A DNA stretch of 64,000 bases from an uncultured Nitrospiraceae bacterium (GTDB taxonomy: Bacteria; Nitrospirota; Thermodesulfovibrionia; Thermodesulfovibrionales; Dissulfurispiraceae), in contig CAVSHF010000003.1 in NCBI GenBank assembly GCA_963727805.1, positions 64,001 to 128,000 on the forward strand. Direction: 5' to 3'. Numbering within the stretch: position 1 is the stretch's first letter; each line of letters opens with the position of its first letter. Shown here piece after piece: positions 29,626 to 38,758 of this stretch. The translations under genes and the position numbers were made by a program. The notes below the pieces were generated by a model. The model saw only the letters and a program-made list of their open reading frames with translations, ran no database searches and was not told the origin of the DNA.

Positions 29626-29906
29626 ATAATTATTCAGGCTTTACGAACAAGCGACAAATAATGTCAAGTAATCATTGGTTATAGCTGACGTCAGAGGTAT
29701 TGACAAGAATTTATCATATATATGAAAGTATATGTGACATCATTGAGACCTAACTGATTAAAAAAAGGTGAGGGGCTTCAAAAGGATTGTAATTGTATTA
29801 CTATTGAGATGTTGTTATGCTCCATTCTCATGGTCAAAAGTGGGAGGCAATGATATGGGCTACAATGAAGAAAGACGGGCAATGCTTTGGGAGATAAAGT
29901 AATTTA

Positions 29907-30986
29907 ATGAGCACAGTTACGAAGAAAATGTCCTTTCTTGACCGCTTTCTAACCCTATGGATATTTGCAGCGATGATCCTGGGTGTCGGCATCGGTTATT
30001 TCATCCCCGGTGTGGAGGGACTGATCAACAGCTTTCAGGTCGGCACAACCAATATTCCAATTGCGATCGGCCTGATTCTAATGATGTACCCTCCTCTTGC
30101 GAAGGTGAAATATGAGGAATTGGGGGAGGTATTCAAAAACAAAAAAGTCTTGGGACTTTCCCTTGTGCAGAACTGGATTATCGGTCCGATACTGATGTTT
30201 CTACTGGCGATAATCTTCCTTCAGGATTATCCGGAATATATGGTAGGCCTCATCATGATCGGCCTTGCCAGATGTATTGCCATGGTCATCGTCTGGAACG
30301 ACCTGGCATGCGGAGATCCTGAATACGCCGCCGGACTGGTCGCCTTCAATTCGATCTTTCAGGTGCTCTTCTTCTCGGTCTACGCATATATCTTCATCAC
30401 AGTCCTTCCGTCTTGGTTCGGACTCAAAGGTGCCGTTGTGCATGTGACGATAGGTCAGATAGCAGAAAGCGTCTTTATATACCTCGGCATACCTTTTCTG
30501 GCTGGTATGCTGACCCGGTTCACACTGCTCAGGATCAAGAGTCGACAGTGGTATGAAAGCAAATTCATTCCGAGAATAAGCCCATTTACGCTTATATTCC
30601 TCCTCTTCACAATTATCGTTATGTTTTCGCTAAAGGGAAATTATATTGTCAGACTTCCTATGGATGTGGTTCATATTGCAATACCGCTGCTGATTTATTT
30701 TGTCATCATGTTTCTTGTTTCGTTCTATCTGGGCAGAAAGATAGGGGCGGATTATGCGAAGACCGCGACGCTTTCATTTACCGCGGCTAGCAATAATTTT
30801 GAGCTCGCCATCGCAGTTGCTGTAGCAGTCTTCGGGATAAATTCCGGCGCAGCATTTGCAGCGGTCATAGGGCCTCTCGTCGAAGTACCAGCTCTGATAG
30901 GACTCGTGAATGTAGCCCTCTATTTTCAAAGGAAATATTTTTCGGACCAATTCTGTGGGGTGGCCGACGTTAAGCCTCATTCGTAA
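29907..30986 (+). CDS. acr3: Arsenite efflux transporter Acr3
   Basis: [46 protein letters not shown]. Confidence 0.97.
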   Translation: MSTVTKKMSFLDRFLTLWIFAAMILGVGIGYFIPGVEGLINSFQVGTTNIPIAIGLILMMYPPLAKVKYEELGEVFKNKKVLGLSLVQNWIIGPILMFLLAIIFLQDYPEYMVGLIMIGLARCIAMVIVWNDLACGDPEYAAGLVAFNSIFQVLFFSVYAYIFITVLPSWFGLKGAVVHVTIGQIAESVFIYLGIPFLAGMLTRFTLLRIKSRQWYESKFIPRISPFTLIFLLFTIIVMFSLKGNYIVRLPMDVVHIAIPLLIYFVIMFLVSFYLGRKIGADYAKTATLSFTAASNNFELAIAVAVAVFGINSGAAFAAVIGPLVEVPALIGLVNVALYFQRKYFSDQFCGVADVKPHS

Positions 30987-31064
30987 CTTAAGACCAGAAC
31001 AAATGATGTGGTTTAAGATCCACATCGAGAAAAAACTGATAACAATACATCCGGGAGGCATGCA

Positions 31065-31541
31065 ATGGAGAAGAGACGTGTGTTGTTTGTATGCATTCAT
31101 AACAGTGCCCGCAGTCAGATGGCACAGGCATTTCTAAACATGTTAGCGGGCGATCGCTTTTTAGCTGAGAGCGCGGGCCTTGAGGCTGGCACATTGAATC
31201 CCCTTGCAATAGAGGCGATGGCCGAGGTCGGCATTGACATCTCAGGGAATACTACTCGGCGAGCGTTCGATTTACTAAAGAGTGGCCAGCGTTACAATTA
31301 TGTGATAACAGTTTGTGATGCAGCTAATTCTCAGAAATGCCCGATATTCCCCAATACCTTGCAATACCTTAACTGGAGTTTTCCTGATCCTGCTCAATTG
31401 CAAGGTACCCATGGGGAGAAAATGAATGAAGTTAGAAAGATTCGCGATGCCATCAAAGAGAAGCTGCAGGCATGGATATCAGCGCCAGAAGAAGATCGCG
31501 GTACCGGAGCAAATATTCCACCTTTTAAGGTCGGAATGTAA
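31065..31541 (+). CDS. arsC: Arsenate reductase ArsC (LMWP-type, thioredoxin-coupled)
   Basis: [12 protein letters not shown]-loop; ITVCD...CPIFP; FPDP. Confidence 0.93.
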   Translation: MEKRRVLFVCIHNSARSQMAQAFLNMLAGDRFLAESAGLEAGTLNPLAIEAMAEVGIDISGNTTRRAFDLLKSGQRYNYVITVCDAANSQKCPIFPNTLQYLNWSFPDPAQLQGTHGEKMNEVRKIRDAIKEKLQAWISAPEEDRGTGANIPPFKVGM

Positions 31542-31565
31542 AGTAAGTTATTAATATATACATCT

Positions 31566-32735
31566 ATGGCAGAACTTAAACTTATATCTATCAATAAGAA
31601 GTCATTCAGTGACGCTCCATCTGCGGTTACTACGCCAGGTGCCATTTGAGACGCTAAGGTATGCTGCCCCGGCGGGGCGGATCGTAAAGAGCCATGGATA
31701 GCCGGATTTGTCGAGTCAGACAGCGGCAGCATCCCGCGAGTCTCGACTGACATAACCCGGACGGACAAATGGGAGCACTTGAAGTGTCGGACAAGCTCCT
31801 TCAGAAATAATTATACTGTCATTCCGGGATTGTATGCTGTTGGAAACCCCGACGCTGACTCAGACGTCATAGTTACCGCAAATTACAAATACAGTTTTGA
31901 TGTAGTCCGCGGCGTACTAAAAAGACTCAATCTGTGGATCCTCGTCCTTGATACAAAGGGTATCAATGTCTGGTGTGCTGCTGGTAAGGGGACATTCGGG
32001 ACGGAGGAATTGGTTAATCAGATTAATATTAAAAGGTTGACACAGGTCGTGAACCATAAAAGGGTCATAGTACCGCAGCTTGGCGCAGTCGGAGTAAGCG
32101 GATACAAGGTGTCAAAGGCAACGGGATTCAAGGTGTATTTCGGTCCCGTACGTGCTAAAGATATCCGAAGTTTCATAGAAGCAGGGTACAAGGCAGGACC
32201 CGAAATGCGCATGATCCATTTTCCGTTTAGGGATAGGCTGGTTCTTACTCCAATGGAAATAAATCCTGCAATGAAAAAGTTCCCTCTCTTTGCGCTGATC
32301 GTGCTGCTTATATTCGGACTGCAGCCTCAAGGGATTCTTTTTAAAGATGCCTTGCAAGGGGGACTGCCATTTCTTGCCATGGGCCTGGCAGCAATCATGT
32401 CGGGCGCATTTATGACGCCTGTCCTGCTGCCCTTAATTCCCTTCCGATCTTTTGCTGTAAAAGGCTGGATTGCAGGAATGGCCACAATGTTCGTTATGAT
32501 AAAAACTACAGCAATCCTTGAAGATGCGAACGCCCTGCTTTTTGTACTGGCATACATCTTTTTCCCAATGTTCTCTTCTTACTGGGCGCTTCAATTCACA
32601 GGATCAACAACATACACAAGTATGGCCGGTGTGAAAAAGGAGATGAAGATCGCCATTCCTGTTTACATAGGGTCACTTGTAGTGACAGGTATTTTGGCGA
32701 TACTATACAAAATGAATCAATGGGGGGTGCTGTGA
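31566..32735 (+). CDS. hgcA: Mercury methylation corrinoid protein HgcA (389 aa if TGA 31647 is decoded as Sec)
   Basis: Cap helix GINVWCAAGKGTF; PGLYAVG; C-terminal TM helices; FTGSTTYTS; the frame continues upstream of TTG 31779 through one TGA to ATG 31566 (start less certain than identity). Confidence 0.93.
31647..31680 (+). promoter_or_regulatory. In-frame TGA plus SECIS-like hairpin in hgcA
   Basis: TGA at 31647-31649; stem CTGCCCC/GGGGCGG with a GGC loop starting 21 nt after the TGA. Confidence 0.6.
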
Positions 32736-33028
32736 AATATTTGCTTGATGTTTCGACACTTGAACTGATTTGTGAAAGTTGCAAAGGTTGCGGCACCTGC
32801 GTCGATGTTTGCCCTCACGGAGTCCTTGCCATGAACAATAAAAAAGCTATCATAATTGACAGGGATAAGTGTATGGAATGCGGAGCATGCATGAACAACT
32901 GCTCCTTTGGTGCCCTTCATGTGAATAAAGGAGTTGGCTGTGCCGCGGCTATTATCAACAGTATGATATACGGAGGCGAACCTTCCTGCGATTGCAGCGG
33001 GGATTCAAAAAGCACAAAGTGCTGCTGA
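32732..33028 (+). CDS. hgcB: Mercury methylation ferredoxin HgcB
   Basis: Two CxxCxxCxxxC motifs, CMECGAC, GVGCAAA, C-terminal CC; GTG start overlaps the hgcA stop. Confidence 0.95.
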   Translation: MKYLLDVSTLELICESCKGCGTCVDVCPHGVLAMNNKKAIIIDRDKCMECGACMNNCSFGALHVNKGVGCAAAIINSMIYGGEPSCDCSGDSKSTKCC

Positions 33029-33043
33029 AGGGTGGGTAATATC

Positions 33044-33140
33044 ATGAAGTGTTGCTAATCGTTGGAGGTAGCGATCCGGGAATCAGCGCGGCCTTGCGCG
33101 CCAGGGAGCTTGCTCTGTAGATATCACTGTTGTCGTGGCC
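33044..33140 (+). pseudogene. N-terminal relic of an FAD-dependent (CoA-disulfide reductase-like) oxidoreductase
   Basis: VLLIVGGSDPGISAALRARELA, then frameshift to VDITVVVA. Confidence 0.7.
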
Positions 33141-33332
33141 ACTATCAGTCAGAAGTTGTCAAAAGAATCAACAATCTAAGTTTCACGGCTACCAATTGGC
33201 AGTCCGTGGGATCTGGTCCAAATGAGAGCCCAAAAATGTGAAGCGAGTAGTGTAATCGTTCTTTTGTAAAACTGAACTACGGTAAAAAAAAGCACTTTCT
33301 CAGATTGTGAAAAGCAATAAATTTGCATTCTT

Positions 33333-33824
33333 TTATTCAGGTATTGTCAGATACGCATCTCTCATCAGCCAAAGAGTCTCCATGCGGTACATGTGCCAGT
33401 AATCATGCATCAGAATATGTCTAGCCAGAATGTAGAGTGAATAGTGCTCATATTCAGGGTGGGTTGCAACCTTTTGCCACGTAATATAATTTGCGCCATC
33501 AAGTAGTTCTAGTTCTTTATTGCGGTAGTGCGCAAACTGTTCGAGGGCAGCGTTCGTGTCAATACGAGGAGGTAAAACAGACCCGCCCTTGCTATTGCCG
33601 GGAATGTGCGGGATAAACTCTGGATGATCCTCATTCATAAATCGTTGAAAGCGCTCTAACAGCATCGGCTGTACTTGAGCCAAGTGGCTGACATGTTCTG
33701 CGATCGTCCAGAAACCTTCCCCTCGTCGCAGGTGCATTTTGTCGTGTGGAATCGCTTTGACAAATTCAGACAATATCTTGGGTGTTCGTCTCAGGCTTTC
33801 TAATAAGTCTCTTATGTCTTGCAT
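33333..33824 (-). CDS. DinB-family protein
   Basis: WTIAEHVSHL; HILMHDYWHMY. Confidence 0.88.
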   Translation of the reverse strand: MQDIRDLLESLRRTPKILSEFVKAIPHDKMHLRRGEGFWTIAEHVSHLAQVQPMLLERFQRFMNEDHPEFIPHIPGNSKGGSVLPPRIDTNAALEQFAHYRNKELELLDGANYITWQKVATHPEYEHYSLYILARHILMHDYWHMYRMETLWLMRDAYLTIPE

Positions 33825-33887
33825 GTTTTTTATCCCTCGCCTTCGTTCTCACTCCGAAAGAAACTATAGCATAAATCTCTGTTAGTA

Positions 33888-34100
33888 GTGAAAATGAAGG
33901 CTTCAGTCGTATGCCTTTTGGATTTATTGATACCAGACAGACAACACCTGCTTTTTAACACTGGGGATGATGGTCGCTCGGAACGCGGAGGCCTTGTCCT
34001 TGATGACGGTAAATATGTGATAGAAAATTCGGATTATTGTCATAAATATAGTGAGTGTACAAGGGTCTGGAAATTAGGTGCTTTGTCACTTGGCAGATGA
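33888..34100 (+). pseudogene. Possible relic of a 4Fe-4S ferredoxin domain
   Basis: DYCHKYSECTRVWKLGAL resembles CxxCxxCxxxC..GAL with two Cys replaced by TAT and TGG codons. Confidence 0.35.
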
Positions 34101-34289
34101 CTTCAACAGCAGCACTGCTCTGTGATAAAATTGTGATAGAACGCATCATAATCATTAGATTCTATGGAATTAATAGCATCAATGAAAATCACACGAATCG
34201 CTAAAAAATAGGTAGTTTGCTCAAACTACCCGCCAGAAGCCTATCGACGTATTTGTACTGAAAAGTCCTCTCAACGCTACGATACTTAG

Positions 34290-35935
34290 CCCAGATAATT
34301 CATAAATAATCGGCAAAAAAATAGCCAACGTCCTTTGAACCTTGGTATTATTGAAGGTGCGAGCAACAAAAACCCAAGAAAGGACATTGGCTACTATGAC
34401 AAAGTGTAACACAGAACAGCTTGGATTTTCATTCCTGCGGAAGCGCAAACTGACGGTGGATTTTGGAGGCGGAGAGATCACATCTGACTCCGGACTTCTG
34501 CTTGTCAGGCAGGCCGATCAAGCATTGGGACTCTTGAAAGGATTGGCGAGCTGCATCACAGACCGGCGGGATTGTCGGTACACAGATCATGACTTGTTGA
34601 CTCTTCTGAGACAGCGAATATATCAGATAGTGGCAGGCTATGAAGACTGCAATGACGCGAACTTTCTGAGGAAAGATCCCGCATTGAAAGCAGCTTGCGG
34701 CAGGATGCCAAGCGACAAGGAACTGGGATCGCAGCCTACACTGTCGAGGTTGGAGAACACCGTAACCCAAGAAGATCTTTATCGGATGGGGCAGTGGTTT
34801 GTTGATCTGTATGTCCGTCGCAACCGGAAGCGTAAGCCAAAGCGAATCATCATTGATGTCGACGGCACCGACGATCCTACATATGGGGACCAACAGCTCA
34901 CCTTTTTTCACGGCTACTATGATCAGTATATGTATCATCCTTTGTTGGTCTATGATGCTGATACAGGAGAGATGATCACAGCAGTATTGAGGGCAGGCAA
35001 TCGACACGCAAGTTATGGCGTGGTTTCAATCTTGAAGCGGATAGTGGCGAGGCTCCAGGCAGCGTTTCCCAATGCTGAGATCATCATACGAGGTGACGCG
35101 GGGTTTGCGATCCCGGCCTTATATGAGTACTGCGAGAAAGAAAAGCTGAGTTATGTAATCGGCCTTATTCGCAACGACGTACTGGAGCGAATGATCGAAA
35201 GACTTCTTGAGAAGGTACAATCTCTCCACGAAAAGACAGGACAGAAGCAACGACTCTTTGCAGAGGGTTTTTATCAGGCACAGAGCTGGGAAAAAGAACG
35301 CCGAGTAATCATGAAGGCCGAATGGCTGCCGCAGGGACCAAACCGTCGGTTTGTGGTGACGAATCTTTCTATGGAGGCCAAACAACTCTACGAGTTCTAC
35401 ACAGAGCGCGGTGGCACTTGCGAGGTGCGCATTGATGAATTCAAAAACGGGCTGAAGGCGGATCGGTTAAGTTGCCATCGTTTTGCTGCCAATCAGTTCA
35501 GGCTTTTTCTGCACATGGCTGCATATTGGCTCGTACTGCGGCTCAGACAAGCGCTTGCTGAAACAGAGTTCTCATCGATGCAGATTCAGCAGCTCAGGAC
35601 AAGGATCTTAAAGATCGGCGGCCAAGTAGTTCAGACAGCCAGACGGGTATGGTTCCGCCTGGCGAGCGGCTATCCTTGGAAAGACATCTTTGCCTTGGCA
35701 TATCGACGACTTGCCGCTGATACCTGCTGAAATTTCCCGAAGCCCAAAAGCACAGTAAAGTTCCAACGGGTGAAGTGCGCTCAAAACAGGGCTGCAGTGT
35801 CCCATACATCGTATTGCATGCGACCACAAGCCTCTCGTCACCTCAAAAAGTTGACTGACAATCCATTCTACCGTGCTCTCAGCGATGAAACAGCTTCAAT
35901 TCGGCTCAGTTCTGAAAATTTATGAATTAACTGGG
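34290..35935 (+). mobile_element. IS1380-family insertion sequence
   Basis: IRs CCCAGATAATTCATAAAT / ATTTATGAATTAACTGGG (17/18 match); TTAG duplicated on both flanks. Confidence 0.95.
34396..35730 (+). CDS. IS1380 transposase
   Basis: FGGGEITSDSG, GYEDCND, IDVDGTDD, RGDAGF, E.RIDEFK. Confidence 0.95.
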   Translation: MTKCNTEQLGFSFLRKRKLTVDFGGGEITSDSGLLLVRQADQALGLLKGLASCITDRRDCRYTDHDLLTLLRQRIYQIVAGYEDCNDANFLRKDPALKAACGRMPSDKELGSQPTLSRLENTVTQEDLYRMGQWFVDLYVRRNRKRKPKRIIIDVDGTDDPTYGDQQLTFFHGYYDQYMYHPLLVYDADTGEMITAVLRAGNRHASYGVVSILKRIVARLQAAFPNAEIIIRGDAGFAIPALYEYCEKEKLSYVIGLIRNDVLERMIERLLEKVQSLHEKTGQKQRLFAEGFYQAQSWEKERRVIMKAEWLPQGPNRRFVVTNLSMEAKQLYEFYTERGGTCEVRIDEFKNGLKADRLSCHRFAANQFRLFLHMAAYWLVLRLRQALAETEFSSMQIQQLRTRILKIGGQVVQTARRVWFRLASGYPWKDIFALAYRRLAADTC

Positions 35936-36161
35936 TTAGACGCGTTTTGATTGTGGTTGTTCGGTTGCATAGAAAACAATATGGAATAGGAAAGAAACTG
36001 TTATTTTCGAACTGCCGTGTTAGGCGAGACATTCTTCCTCAAATGAACGCCTGCTATTCGCTGTCAAGAATGTTTATATCCTTCTGGCATTCAACGTTTA
36101 TTGGGTCTGCCTATGCACCTCGAACAAATTTCGATTTGTAGTCTGTGAATTATTCTCTAGC

Positions 36162-36262
36162 GGATTAGAGAGACTCCCAGTCTCCCTAATAACCCTCAAG
36201 GGCAAGGCATGCATTCATCCCACCCAGCAAGCCGCTGGGCATTCTGCAAAGGCTTTCGGTAA
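36162..36262. mobile_element. IS200/IS605-like terminal hairpin relic (no transposase)
   Basis: CATTCATCCCACCCAGCAAGCCGCTGGGCATTCTG hairpin preceded by a second stem-loop GAGAC-TCCCA-GTCTC. Confidence 0.45.
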
Positions 36263-36398
36263 TTAATCGACTGACCTTAGGTTCTTTTGTTGCAACACAT
36301 CAGCCTGATCTGTTGCAAATAAGAATAGCGATGCAATTAATGCAACATATGCTCACGTGATATCCCAATCTATTCCATATATATCAATATGATGTATT

Positions 36399-36415
36399 TC
36401 GGCATGATATATGCA
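36399..36415 (+). promoter_or_regulatory. Sigma-54 promoter with upstream TGTTGCA/TGCAACA enhancer-like sites
   Basis: TCGGCATGATATATGCA (GG-N10-GC); repeated TGTTGCA/TGCAACA at ~36288-36347. Confidence 0.65.
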
Positions 36416-36461
36416 AAATAAACACCATCAATGTCGCAATGCACAATGAAAGGAGATCATC

Positions 36462-36644
36462 ATGATAGGCTTTGCCAACAGGATTGAAAATTTATTTGTC
36501 GCTATTACTTTTGCCCAGGCTGGTGAATTTGAGACAGCTAGGGAGTATATGAGAGTAGAAGACCGCCCTCGTCAGATTGACCGGGTTATTCCCTCCGTTA
36601 GACCAAGACTAGAGGTAAGGGCCCCTGGCTTAAAAAGGAAGTAA
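36462..36644 (+). CDS. Small hypothetical protein (AITFAQAGEFETARE motif)
   Basis: AAAGGAG RBS; downstream of the sigma-54 promoter. Confidence 0.7.
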   Translation: MIGFANRIENLFVAITFAQAGEFETAREYMRVEDRPRQIDRVIPSVRPRLEVRAPGLKRK

Positions 36645-36735
36645 AATACGATAGGCCCAATCAAATGCTGACGGACTTGCTTTCGGGACTGCTCTAGCTG
36701 ATGGAAAAGATGGGATAAACAGAAGGAGAAGGACA

Positions 36736-37098
36736 ATGGCAACGAAAATAGTTATAGGGCAAAAATGCGGCAAGGTGCTTCTGAAACAGTTCGTCAATAT
36801 TCGTACAGCATACTATGATAAAAAGTGGAAAAAACCTGATCAATACCTCACTTGGATCCTAGACCAGCTGAGCCTTCAGCCGCTATCTTGTGAGCAAGAG
36901 ACTCTGGCTGCTGACATAAAGGAGGGGTTCCCGAACGTATATAAAGATTGGGCGAAGAGGGGAGTTAGTGATACTCCTGCCCAAATACTAACTTGCAAAC
37001 AACTGCTGCGTATGATAAAAGAGGTCTCAGAAGCTGGGGCCACACGGCAGCGTCAAGAGGATCTGTCAACGGAAGTCTCGCAAAACGCAATCAGATAA
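36736..37098 (+). CDS. Hypothetical protein
   Basis: AAGGAG RBS; 120-aa ORF. Confidence 0.6.
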   Translation: MATKIVIGQKCGKVLLKQFVNIRTAYYDKKWKKPDQYLTWILDQLSLQPLSCEQETLAADIKEGFPNVYKDWAKRGVSDTPAQILTCKQLLRMIKEVSEAGATRQRQEDLSTEVSQNAIR

Positions 37099-37502
37099 GA
37101 TTCAGGCCGGGGATGGCGTCAAAGCATCCCTATTGCAGCGCTTTTCTCGAGCCACAATTCTACATAAGCATCAGGATGTTTAGTCCTTCGGGTAGAAACT
37201 TCATAATTTATAAGCCCGGATGGAGTCTGGAGTACCAGCAATGCCCCGCTGCTAATTTTTATGCGGCAGAAGGAATTAGCCGCTTTTCTGACATATAAAA
37301 ATGTTTTATTGAAGGTGTTTTCGCCAAAATGGTGAACAATAGTACGTGGTGAAAGACCCAATATCTGGAGAAAGAGTCATGTTGCAACACTACTCAACTT
37401 GTTTCTTTCCGCATCTAAGCAACACTGTGCGGCATCGTCATTTTGAGGATTTTAATCACCAATTCTCATTTCTGCTGCAAGGGTTAACAGGCTAATAACA
37501 CT

Positions 37503-38051
37503 ATGGGCAATGGCATGATGAAAATACGAGAGTTCGTCTATTTGTTCATAATATTATTTATTATTATCGGTTTTCAGGCCGCAAACGGCGAGGTGATCAA
37601 AATGAATGGATTTCAAATAACAAGTCCTGTTTTTGAGAACAACGGCTTTATTCCAACAAAATATACGTGTGATGGAGCGGATATCAATCCGCAGCTTGTG
37701 ATTGCTAATGTTCCAGCAGGGACTAAATCGCTGGCATTGATTGTTGACGACCCTGATGCGCCGGCGGGTACATGGGTACATTGGGTTGTCTGGAATATCG
37801 GTCCGCAAACGCATGAAATAAAGCAAAACTCAGTTCCGAATGGCGCGAACCAAGGCCTCAACGATTTCCGCAAACGCAGTTATGGAGGTCCATGCCCACC
37901 ATCTGGAACGCATCGGTATTTCTTTAAACTCTATGCGCTAGACACTATGCTCACGCTGGATTTCAATGCGACAAAGGCACACGTTGAAAAAGCCATGCGA
38001 GAACACATCATCGCGGAAACTCGGATTGTTGGCTTGTACAAGAGAAGCTAA
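37503..38051 (+). CDS. YbhB/YbcL family (PEBP) protein
   Basis: DDPDAP, WVHWVV, YGGPCPP.GTHRY. Confidence 0.93.
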   Translation: MGNGMMKIREFVYLFIILFIIIGFQAANGEVIKMNGFQITSPVFENNGFIPTKYTCDGADINPQLVIANVPAGTKSLALIVDDPDAPAGTWVHWVVWNIGPQTHEIKQNSVPNGANQGLNDFRKRSYGGPCPPSGTHRYFFKLYALDTMLTLDFNATKAHVEKAMREHIIAETRIVGLYKRS

Positions 38052-38758
38052 TCTGGCTTTTTGCTCCCTATTAGGTTTACACCTGCTCTTACTATCAAGG
38101 CACGCGGATCTCTAACCTATAATATGTGCCTCACATATTTAGAAAAACAGCTAATACTGGAGATCATTTTCATCTGATAAATCTAGATTGCCGTCGGTAT
38201 CAGAAAGTTGGTGATTTCTTCCGGTACAAACATGGCGTCCTACTATTTTCAAGGCGGCCTTCATTGTCCTATGGAAGCAGCTGCTATAGCACTCATTTTG
38301 CATTTCTAGATTACCTTTCATCCTAACGTTATGCGTCTTGCACTTATAGGTGGTTCAACCCGGATTTGTGGCTACCAGAAAGGCGGCGCATGCAGCTATT
38401 CATCTGTTGTCGTGTTCAACAGACTTGCGATAATCAAACAGGTACAGTTTTCTCATAATATTACGATAATAACTAGAGGAGCAGATGTTCGGGTATGCAA
38501 ATTGTTGAGGCGTCCTGAATTGTAGAATCGCACTGATTGAGGATGGCGCGAATTTAGTATGTGGCTAGACACTGTTGCACAATGCTGCCATCACCGACCA
38601 ATTTGCATAGACGTATGTGCAACTGTCTCCGCATTAGGAACCGCTTAGGAGCTTTTTGAATCGATAACATATAATCGTCCGTAGGGCTTAAAAAGCGTGG
38701 GTCTGGGCTGGTAGTAACTGAAATATGTGACACCTAAAATTCATTGTAAGGGGATATC

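Noticed and set aside
31779..32735. Acetyl-CoA synthase corrinoid subunit (CdhD/E)
   Set aside because: The NVWCAAGK cap helix, TM domain and adjacent hgcB identify HgcA
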